64,000 nucleotides of DNA from contig OZ223300.1 of assembly GCA_965140705.1 (NCBI GenBank), positions 1,408,001-1,472,000 on the forward strand, given 5' to 3'. Positions 28,614 to 37,031 of the stretch are shown piece after piece; position 1 is the stretch's first letter, and every line of letters starts with the position of its first letter. The notes under the pieces are model-generated. The model was given only the letters and a program-made list of their open reading frames with translations. It searched no databases and was not told the DNA's origin. This stretch comes from an uncultured Arcobacter sp. (GTDB lineage Bacteria; Campylobacterota; Campylobacteria; Campylobacterales; Arcobacteraceae). The position numbers were made by a program, and so were the translations under genes.

Positions 28614-31313
28614 GTGAAAAAAGTAGATTTGGCTATTTTAGAGGTAAATGAAGTAATATGTGAAAATATTAGTATTTTTGATGATTCAAAAAGAGGTCTA
28701 TTATCTCAAAATATATTATCTCAACTTAGAAATTTTGTTGAACATGTTTCTTTAAAAGCATATAGTCAAGGTCGAGACCTTGATGTTATATATCAAAATA
28801 TAGAAAATGCTATGACCTTTGTTAAATCAAATGGAAATCTAAAGTTTTTATCTAAGTTTCATAAATTTCTACAACCTGTAGCATCACACTATACAATGGA
28901 TAAAGAAAATTCAGAAAGGCTGATGTTAAAGTACTATGAGTACTTATTAAAAATCAAATCCTATTTAAAGAAACACCACAATTTAGAAGTATTAGGGAAT
29001 ATAGATGATTTTCCAATTGATACTGACTCTACAACAAAAGAATATTATGAAAAAATAGCTGAGAAAATAAACCAATATAACCTGAGAAACTCAGATAATG
29101 AAAGATACTATATTCAAAAAGTAAAACCTTTTTTTGTCAACCATGAAGTATATTACGAAGTGACTTTCTATAGAGCTAACGACTATACAAGTAAAACTGA
29201 TAGGATAATTGCTTTTACAAAACATGATATACTACCAAATTATGCTGTAAAACTTATGATTAGTAATAATACTATCTATGTTTTGGATAAAGATATGCCA
29301 ATATATATTATTACAGATTGGGAAGTTTCAATTAGACCTTGTGAGATCAACAATTTTGCAGATATATTTGGACCGCACCCTAAAATGGTTGCTGCTAATA
29401 AAGAGTATCAAAATCTAATGCAATTCCTAACAAGAACGGGTCTAGATATAATAGAGTTATTAAACACTGACGATTCTTATTACTTACCTATAAAAACGAG
29501 AATGACTGCTGAAGTTAAAGTTACAAACTTATTTAATGTTTTAGACAAATGTCGCAGTTTTATAAAGAAGAATAAATCAGGTAGTAATATAATAAGATAT
29601 CTATTATATAAAATGAACAATAAAGTTATAAAAAGTCAACGTAATTATGAGGAATGTAAATTATTATCTAATTTATACCTTAACTGGGGTTGTTTACCTT
29701 TTGATCAAATGCCTTTTAACTCTGCTTTAATTAATCATAATCCAAGAGTATATGATTTATTTGATTGTCTTGATTCAAAAAATAGAGAACATGAAATTCT
29801 TGCCAGACTTATAGAAAATAACACTGTGCAAAAAGGAAATTTATTCACTTTTAAAGAAGATATTAAAAACTTTAAAGATATAGAGACTCTTGTTAAAAGG
29901 TATAATAGTAAAGTATATTATAAACACCCTCATCGTAAGATTGATACTTATAAAAATTTCCTTTATATTAGAGGATATGAAGAAGATACAATAAAAATTA
30001 TTGATGAATTAAAAGAACTATCTTCTCAAGGTCTTCAAGACTATTCAAAATCAGTTGATTCATGGCTAGAAGAAAATCCAAATCTTATAGATTGTAAAGA
30101 TAAAAAGAAATCTCTAAGACTAATGTTTGAAAATTCAAAAGTAGCATTAATTTATGGATCAGCAGGAACTGGTAAATCAACAATGATAAATCATATATCT
30201 AATTTTTTTAATAATCGATCAAAATTATATTTAGCACATACTAATCCTGCTATAGATAATCTAAAGAGAAAAGTTCATGCATCAAATGGTGAATTTAAGA
30301 CAATTGCAAGTTTTTTAGCAAGCAATAGGATTCAAGCAGAGTTTGACATATTAATTATTGATGAGTGTAGTACTGTTAGTAACTCAGAAATGAAAAAAAT
30401 TATAGAAAAAGCTTCTTTTCAACTATTAGTTTTAGTGGGAGATACTTTTCAGATTGAATCAATAAATTTTGGAAATTGGTTTAGTATCGCACAAAGCTTT
30501 ATTCATAAAAGTTCCATCACTAAATTAACTAAACCATATAGAAGTGATAACAAGCAATTACTTGATTTATGGGAAAAAGTAAGAAATCTTGAAGGTGATA
30601 TTCTTGAACAATTAACAAAATATAAATATACAATTAGACTAGACAGTTCTATATTTGAACATTTTGAGAAAGATGAAATCATTTTATGTTTAAATTATGA
30701 TGGTCTTTATGGTATTAATAATATCAATAAGTTTTTACAAGCTAATAATGAAAATACTCCTATTAAATGGGGAGATCATATTTATAAAATTAATGATCCT
30801 ATTTTATTTAATGATACAAAAAGATTTGGACCATCAATTTATAATAACTTAAAAGGAAGAATTACTAATATAGAACTATCTAATGAAAAAATCTATTTTG
30901 AAGTTGAGATAGAAAAGATAATTAATGAAATGGATGCTATGTTTCAAGATTTTGAATTAGTTGAAAGTGAACATACTAAAAAATCAGTTATAGGTTTTTT
31001 TGTAAATAAACATAAAAGTGGTGATGAAGATGATGATTCATCAGATGCAGTTATGCCTTTTCAAGTTGCTTATGCAGTTTCAATTCATAAAGCTCAAGGC
31101 TTAGAATATAGTTCTGTTAAAATTATAATAACTGATGAAGTTGAAGAAATGATAAATCATAATATTTTTTATACGGCTATAACAAGAGCAAAAGATAAAT
31201 TAAAAATATATTGGTCTCCTGAAACTGAAAATAAAATACTAAAAAATTTACAAATAAGAGATAGTAATAAAGATGTAAATTTATTAAAATCTAAATATAA
31301 AGAAGTACTTTAA
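28614..31313 (+). CDS. RecD-like superfamily 1 helicase with a long uncharacterised N-terminus
   Basis: GSAGTGKST, IIDECS, VGDTFQ, YRS, YAVSIHKAQGLEY and FYTAITRA motifs. GTG 28614 fits the AAGGAG RBS better than TTG 28608. Confidence 0.85.
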   Translation: MKKVDLAILEVNEVICENISIFDDSKRGLLSQNILSQLRNFVEHVSLKAYSQGRDLDVIYQNIENAMTFVKSNGNLKFLSKFHKFLQPVASHYTMDKENSERLMLKYYEYLLKIKSYLKKHHNLEVLGNIDDFPIDTDSTTKEYYEKIAEKINQYNLRNSDNERYYIQKVKPFFVNHEVYYEVTFYRANDYTSKTDRIIAFTKHDILPNYAVKLMISNNTIYVLDKDMPIYIITDWEVSIRPCEINNFADIFGPHPKMVAANKEYQNLMQFLTRTGLDIIELLNTDDSYYLPIKTRMTAEVKVTNLFNVLDKCRSFIKKNKSGSNIIRYLLYKMNNKVIKSQRNYEECKLLSNLYLNWGCLPFDQMPFNSALINHNPRVYDLFDCLDSKNREHEILARLIENNTVQKGNLFTFKEDIKNFKDIETLVKRYNSKVYYKHPHRKIDTYKNFLYIRGYEEDTIKIIDELKELSSQGLQDYSKSVDSWLEENPNLIDCKDKKKSLRLMFENSKVALIYGSAGTGKSTMINHISNFFNNRSKLYLAHTNPAIDNLKRKVHASNGEFKTIASFLASNRIQAEFDILIIDECSTVSNSEMKKIIEKASFQLLVLVGDTFQIESINFGNWFSIAQSFIHKSSITKLTKPYRSDNKQLLDLWEKVRNLEGDILEQLTKYKYTIRLDSSIFEHFEKDEIILCLNYDGLYGINNINKFLQANNENTPIKWGDHIYKINDPILFNDTKRFGPSIYNNLKGRITNIELSNEKIYFEVEIEKIINEMDAMFQDFELVESEHTKKSVIGFFVNKHKSGDEDDDSSDAVMPFQVAYAVSIHKAQGLEYSSVKIIITDEVEEMINHNIFYTAITRAKDKLKIYWSPETENKILKNLQIRDSNKDVNLLKSKYKEVL

Positions 31314-31409
31314 GTGAACCTATCCAAATCCCTCTACACAAAAGGCATCCAATGCCCCAAAGCACTTTGGCTTAAAAAAAATAAAAAAAGGTTTAAATAT
31401 GATAGATGA
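31314..31409 (+). pseudogene. Second 5' stub of the DUF2779 gene (31-codon mini-ORF)
   Basis: GTGAACCTATCC..CAATGCCCCAAAGCACTTTGGCTTAAAAAA encodes MNLSKSLYTKGIQCPKALWLKK then NKKRFKYDR-stop. It abuts the helicase stop and overlaps the FRG start. Confidence 0.85.
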
Positions 31410-32340
31410 AAAAAAGATATATTCTTTAGATGAGATAATAAAATATGTATCTGAATTGGAAATTGAGGATGATATTAAGTTATTTTTTAGAGGTGAAAAA
31501 AAAATTTATGAAAATTCAGAATTATGTCCATTAATTTATAGAAAAAATAAAAAATCTGAAAAAAGAAACTATATAAAAAAAGAAGACTATATTTTTAGAG
31601 AAACTCAAAGATTTAATGAACATGAATTTTCTGATGATAAAACTACTTTTGATAGTTTAAGTAGGTTACAGCATTATTCAGCACCAACTAGACTTTTAGA
31701 TATAAGCGAGGACTTGTTTAGTGCAATTTATTTTGCGATTGCAGAAATAGATGCTGATGATACTAAAGAAGAAAAATATGCAGTTATTTATGTATTTGAA
31801 ATAAAAGAAAAAAAATTGAAATATTATGATTCTGATACAGTATCTGTTATATCTAATTTAGCCAAAATCCCATTATTAGGAGATATAAAGTCCAAAAGGA
31901 AATTACTTAGTGATGTAAATCGGTATAGAAATAATAAAAAAGAGTTCAATAAAAAGAATAGTGTCAAATATTTGTTACATGAAATAAGGGAAGAAAAACC
32001 TCAATTTGATGCTTTAATTGATCCTAATCATATAACATCAATACAAGCTGTATTACCTAAATTTTCAAGTAATAGAATAAAATCTCAGAAGGGAGCTTTT
32101 TTACTTTTTGGTTTAAATCCAGATAATTATGCTGAAGAAATAAAAATAATCGATGGTAAAACTTTTTTTGAATCCACAAAAAAAATTAAGCATCCAATTG
32201 AAAAAGTTCATAAAATATTAATCCCTTATACTAACTTAGAAAAATTACAAAAAGAACTAATAAAAATAGGTATAAGAAAACCATTTATATATCCAGAAAT
32301 AGACAAAGTATCTGAATTTTTAATCAAAGAATGTGAATAA
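31399..32340 (+). CDS. FRG domain protein
   Basis: FFRGE, LQHYSAPTRLLDIS..A.YFA and RIKSQKGAFLLFG motifs. Confidence 0.88.
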   Translation: MIDEKKIYSLDEIIKYVSELEIEDDIKLFFRGEKKIYENSELCPLIYRKNKKSEKRNYIKKEDYIFRETQRFNEHEFSDDKTTFDSLSRLQHYSAPTRLLDISEDLFSAIYFAIAEIDADDTKEEKYAVIYVFEIKEKKLKYYDSDTVSVISNLAKIPLLGDIKSKRKLLSDVNRYRNNKKEFNKKNSVKYLLHEIREEKPQFDALIDPNHITSIQAVLPKFSSNRIKSQKGAFLLFGLNPDNYAEEIKIIDGKTFFESTKKIKHPIEKVHKILIPYTNLEKLQKELIKIGIRKPFIYPEIDKVSEFLIKECE

Positions 32341-33821
32341 TGAACCTATCTAAATCTCTCTACGCAAAAGGTATCCAATGCCCCAAAGCACTTTGGCTTA
32401 AAAAATTTAAGCCAAATGTACTAACACCACCAGATGAACAAGCACAGGCTATATTTGAAACTGGAAATATAGTAGGAGATTTAGCTTGCCAACTTTTCCC
32501 TGATGGTAAAGAAGTTTCCTACACTACAAATTATGATGAGATGATAGCTACTACAAAAGAGTGGATGGAAGAGGGTGTATCAAATATCTACGAAGCTACT
32601 TTTAACTATGAGGGCATACTTATCATGGTAGATATTTTAAAAGTAGAGAGTGATGGTGTATCTATCTATGAGGTTAAAAGTTCAACTGAAGTAAAAGATA
32701 TATATTTACATGATGTATCTATTCAGTATTATGTTTTACAAAACTTAGGCTTTAGTATAAAAAGTGCAAGTATCGTACATATAAACAATGAGTATGTAAG
32801 AGGTGAGTCTTTAGAGTTAGACAAGCTTTTTAAGATAGTTGATGTCACGAGTGTTGTGCAAAGTTTACAATCAAATATCCCAAACATATTAAAAGAGTTT
32901 GAAATCTATTTAGAAGATAAAGTAAATGAGCCAGATATAGATATAGGAAAACATTGTAACAAACCTTATGAGTGTGATGCTAAAAACTATTGTTGGAAAG
33001 TACAAAGAGCTATACCTGAGTACTCTATCTTTAATATTTTCAATCTAGGAAGTAAAAAGCAAGTGGAGTTATACAATCAAGGTATCATAGATATAGAAGA
33101 TATCCCAGAAGATTTTGATATGACTGCAAATCAAGCTCAAGCAGTAGAAAACTACAAATCAAAAACAAGCTACATAGACAAAGAAAATATCAAAGCCTTT
33201 TTAGAAAACCTCACATACCCAATCTATCACTTAGACTTTGAAACCTACCAACAAGCCATACCACAATACAAAGGAATAAAACCCTTCGAGCAAATCCCTT
33301 TTCAATACTCACTTCATATAGAGTATCAAGATGGTACTTTGGAGCATAAAGAGTATTTGAGTGAGGATAGTGTAGATAGTAGATATGAGTTAGCACAAAA
33401 ACTATGTGAAGATATTAGAAGTGATGTTACAGTACTGGCTTATAATATGAGTTTTGAAAAAGGTGTGATAAAAAGACTAGCAAACTCATTTTCTGAGCTT
33501 GAACAGCACTTATTAGCTATAAATGAAAACATACAAGACCTAATGATACCTTTCCAAAAGAAATGGTATGTAACTCCTAGTATGCAAGGAAGCTACTCTA
33601 TTAAATACGTTTTACCAGCACTTGTACCTGAGTTTGAGAAAGCCTATAAAGAACTTGAAGGCGTTCAAAATGGAAGCCAAGCCATGAATGCCTTTGCAAG
33701 TATGAGTAAGCTAGAAGAGGGCGAGAAGGTGAAGCTTAGAAGTGCACTTTTAGAGTATTGTAAACTTGATACTTTGGCTATGGTGAAATTGTTGGAGAAC
33801 TTGAAAAAATTATTTATTTAA
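32340..33821 (+). CDS. DUF2779 protein: Cas4-like PD-(D/E)XK nuclease fused to an RNase H/DnaQ-like domain
   Basis: SKS..G.QCPK.LWL, VDIL..YEVKSST..D..IQYYV, HC..PYEC....YC cysteine cluster, LDFET..YN..FE..DL..SIK.VLP..YCKLDT. Confidence 0.8.
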   Translation: MNLSKSLYAKGIQCPKALWLKKFKPNVLTPPDEQAQAIFETGNIVGDLACQLFPDGKEVSYTTNYDEMIATTKEWMEEGVSNIYEATFNYEGILIMVDILKVESDGVSIYEVKSSTEVKDIYLHDVSIQYYVLQNLGFSIKSASIVHINNEYVRGESLELDKLFKIVDVTSVVQSLQSNIPNILKEFEIYLEDKVNEPDIDIGKHCNKPYECDAKNYCWKVQRAIPEYSIFNIFNLGSKKQVELYNQGIIDIEDIPEDFDMTANQAQAVENYKSKTSYIDKENIKAFLENLTYPIYHLDFETYQQAIPQYKGIKPFEQIPFQYSLHIEYQDGTLEHKEYLSEDSVDSRYELAQKLCEDIRSDVTVLAYNMSFEKGVIKRLANSFSELEQHLLAINENIQDLMIPFQKKWYVTPSMQGSYSIKYVLPALVPEFEKAYKELEGVQNGSQAMNAFASMSKLEEGEKVKLRSALLEYCKLDTLAMVKLLENLKKLFI

Positions 33822-34862
33822 AGCTTTTTTATAAATATTTAAAATAGTATCTAAAAGAGCAGCTATTACTGGACCTAAAATAATACCTATAGGTCCAAAA
33901 GAGGTGATTCCTCCAAGAATAGATATTAATATTACTAAATCAGGTAGTTTTGCGTCATTTCCTACAATCCATGGACGTAGAAGATTATCAACCAAACCTA
34001 CTACTAATGTTCCCCAAATAATAAGACCTATTCCCCATCCAATACTACCTGTAACTATAAGATATATAGCTGCTGGCAACCAGACTATTGGAGCTCCTAG
34101 TCCTGGAATAGAAGAGAGAATAAAAACGATAGTTCCCCAAAATACTGGTCCATTAATTCCTGTAACCCAAAATGCTAATCCTACTAAAAGACCTTGAATG
34201 ACTCCAATAACTACTATGCCTTTAAGTGATGCTTTAGTAACCATTACTCCACGGCTCATGAGATTTTCATAATCATTTTTTGAAAGAGGGAGCAAAGAAG
34301 CAAGGGAGTCTAGTAGTTCTCGTCCATACATTAGAAAGTAAAACATAGCATAAAGCATAATAAACAAACTCATAATAAAGTCAACTGTTCCTTTAGTAGC
34401 ATTTGATAAACTTGAAACCAACCAACTACCCATTGCACTAGTTGCATCAGTAGCTTTCTTTAAAATAGTCTCATTTAAAGAATTAAATTTCTCTTTTAAA
34501 GGTACCCAGTCAGGTATTTGTTGACGTATAGAGAGCTTATTGTCTAAGATTTCTTTTACTATAGGACTTGTTTTTTGACTAAATTGTATTGCTTCTTTTG
34601 TGACCATACCTGTAAGTCCTGCCAAAGGTAAACCTATAGCTAAGATAGATATAACTAACACAGTAATAGAAGCCAATGCAGATTTGTTTTTAAAATAAAA
34701 AAGAATCTTTTTGTAAAGAGGATAAAGAAGCCCTGAAAATATTGCGGCAAGTACAAGAGCGATTAAAAACTCTTTTATCATCCCAATAAAACCCATTAGA
34801 ACTATAAATAATAACAGTAGAATAAAAGCTTTTTGAAACTTATCTGGTATATTTCCTTGCAT
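33810..34862 (-). CDS. AI-2E family transporter
   Basis: Multi-pass membrane protein with IPGLG, VDNLLRPWIVG and GG..FG.IGIILGP motifs. Confidence 0.9.
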   Translation of the reverse strand: MQGNIPDKFQKAFILLLLFIVLMGFIGMIKEFLIALVLAAIFSGLLYPLYKKILFYFKNKSALASITVLVISILAIGLPLAGLTGMVTKEAIQFSQKTSPIVKEILDNKLSIRQQIPDWVPLKEKFNSLNETILKKATDATSAMGSWLVSSLSNATKGTVDFIMSLFIMLYAMFYFLMYGRELLDSLASLLPLSKNDYENLMSRGVMVTKASLKGIVVIGVIQGLLVGLAFWVTGINGPVFWGTIVFILSSIPGLGAPIVWLPAAIYLIVTGSIGWGIGLIIWGTLVVGLVDNLLRPWIVGNDAKLPDLVILISILGGITSFGPIGIILGPVIAALLDTILNIYKKALNK

Positions 34863-34910
34863 TATTGAGTTCCTTTTAAATTCTAGAAAAATATATATAA
34901 AATAGAGTCA

Positions 34911-35738
34911 CTATTTTTCATCTAAAATTCTATCCTCCATTTTTGAAATAGCAGCTCTTAGTACTTTGCTATCAAAACCAAATTCTTCAGCTTTTGAAAC
35001 AGCTTCTTCAATAATTTTAGAATCAAGTGGTTTTACTATATTACATAGTTTTTTTACAACATGTAAAATCTGAGCATGTTTTTTATGTTCTGGTAAGGCT
35101 TTATTTGGATTGTCACTAAATTTTATATAATTGATAATATTTTTAGTCAAATTCCAGTGTTTAAATATAGCAGAAGTAACTTCTGCTGTTGTCATACCTA
35201 CATACTCTTTTTCAATGATATCTAATTTATCAAAATTACTCAAAATCTTTTGTGAAAACTCTTCTGTTTTATTCTCTTCTACAATGGCATTATTTATGAT
35301 AAATTTTCCACTCTCTTGTAAAAAAGCAGATAGGATTAATTCATTTCTTAACTCATTGTCAAGTTTTCCAATCCAAAGATTTACAAGGTTTGATTGCATA
35401 TTTGCTATTCTTAAGAAATCATCACTTGAAGCATTATAAGCATTTAAATCACTATCTAAAGCTCTTTTAACACCACTTCCAAGAGCAATAGAGATTGTAA
35501 AATTAACACCAAGCAAATTAACTGCTCTATTCAAAGTATCAACTTTACTTACAAATCCAAACATTGCAGAGTTTGCTGTTTTTAATATACTTGAAACCAT
35601 AAGAGGATCTTGTTCTATAATTTTACTTAATGCTTCAATATCATAATTATTGGTACTTTTAAAATCTTCAATATCAAGTAAAGTTTTAGGCAAAGGAGCC
35701 AAAGTATCAATCTTTTTTAGAAGTTCAATGTATGTCAT
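34911..35738 (-). CDS. HDOD domain protein
   Basis: LAPLP, IIEQDPLM..ILKTANSAMFG..V.TL..AV.LLG and E....G.T.AEV..IFKHWNL. Confidence 0.88.
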   Translation of the reverse strand: MTYIELLKKIDTLAPLPKTLLDIEDFKSTNNYDIEALSKIIEQDPLMVSSILKTANSAMFGFVSKVDTLNRAVNLLGVNFTISIALGSGVKRALDSDLNAYNASSDDFLRIANMQSNLVNLWIGKLDNELRNELILSAFLQESGKFIINNAIVEENKTEEFSQKILSNFDKLDIIEKEYVGMTTAEVTSAIFKHWNLTKNIINYIKFSDNPNKALPEHKKHAQILHVVKKLCNIVKPLDSKIIEEAVSKAEEFGFDSKVLRAAISKMEDRILDEK

Positions 35739-35762
35739 ATAAATCCTTAAATATAATAGTTA

Positions 35763-37031
35763 TCAATGCTCTGTTAAAGAGTTTTTAGCTATATCTTTTA
35801 ATGGTTTTATTAAGTATCTTAAGACACTTTTTTTACCTGTTAAAATATTAATATTAGCAGCCATACCTGGTAAGATAGGTGTTTTTTTATCAAATCCAAG
35901 TTTATTTGCTTTTACTTTTATAAAGTAGTATAGATTGCCAAGTTTATCTTCCGTACTATCAGGAGATATAGATATAATCTTACCCTCCAACAAACCATAT
36001 CTTGAAAAATCATAGGCAGTTATTTCTATAGTAACTTTTTGATTAGGCCATATTTGTGCTCTATCTGAAGCTTTTATTTTTGCTTCAATAATCAAGGAGT
36101 CTTCTATAGGTGTGATTTCTGCTATTTTATCCCCTGGTTTGATTATTCCACCTACTGTATTAAAGTAAAGTTTATTGACTATTCCATTTACTGGGCTTAT
36201 AACAAATTTTCTTAATTCTCTATCTTCACTTGCTTTATATTTTTCTTCTATTTGTTTAATTTGTAAGTTTACTTCTGATAATTGTTTTAGATTTTTTGAT
36301 AGTATTTCAGAATTTACATTTTTATATTTTTTTTCTGATTCTTTTATCTCTTCTTGGGCAATTGGAATTTTACTGTTTAGTTCTTGCATTTGTGTTACAA
36401 GTGTTTGTTTTTTTGCTAATTCTACTAAATATTTTTTTCTAGAAATAATATTTTTTTTAAGTAGGGCATCTTGGATTTGCATATTCTCTTTTGCAAGTTC
36501 TAATTCGACTTCGATATTATATGACTTTGTTTTTAGCTCTTCTAATTTTAGTTTCTTTTGTTTTAATTGATTTTCAGCAATACCAATTAATCTTTGTTTA
36601 TTTGCCATCTCTTCATTATAAATATCAGTTTCATTTTTTACTATATCATCCATATTATCAGTTAATTCGGGAGGAAAAACGAGTCTTTTATCTTCAATAA
36701 GTGCTTCTAATCTTTTGGCTTTTAGTTTAAGAGCCATAATTTCTAAGTTTTGTGATCTCTTATCTGCCATAAAGTATTTATTTTTGATTCTATATAAGAT
36801 ATCACCTTTTTTTACTCTATCCCCTTCTTGAACCAAAATTTCTGAAATGATACCACCTTCAAAGTGTTGTAGTATTTTTGTTTGTCCTGAAGGAATAACT
36901 TTTCCTTCTCCTTTTACTACTTCATCAATATCTGTAAGGGATGCCCAAATAAAAAAAATCACTACGAATAAAATCATAGGATAAACAACTATTCTGTAGT
37001 TCCAATCTTCATCTTGGTAGTATAGTTTCAT
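35763..37031 (-). CDS. HlyD family type I secretion membrane fusion protein
   Basis: WAS..IDEVVKGEGKVIP, QHFEGG, SPVNGIV and PGMAANINILTGKKSVLRYLIKP. Confidence 0.95.
   Translation of the reverse strand: MKLYYQDEDWNYRIVVYPMILFVVIFFIWASLTDIDEVVKGEGKVIPSGQTKILQHFEGGIISEILVQEGDRVKKGDILYRIKNKYFMADKRSQNLEIMALKLKAKRLEALIEDKRLVFPPELTDNMDDIVKNETDIYNEEMANKQRLIGIAENQLKQKKLKLEELKTKSYNIEVELELAKENMQIQDALLKKNIISRKKYLVELAKKQTLVTQMQELNSKIPIAQEEIKESEKKYKNVNSEILSKNLKQLSEVNLQIKQIEEKYKASEDRELRKFVISPVNGIVNKLYFNTVGGIIKPGDKIAEITPIEDSLIIEAKIKASDRAQIWPNQKVTIEITAYDFSRYGLLEGKIISISPDSTEDKLGNLYYFIKVKANKLGFDKKTPILPGMAANINILTGKKSVLRYLIKPLKDIAKNSLTEH

Noticed and set aside
32340..33821. CRISPR-Cas locus suggested by the Cas4-like domain
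   Set aside because: No repeat-spacer array or other cas genes anywhere in the window.
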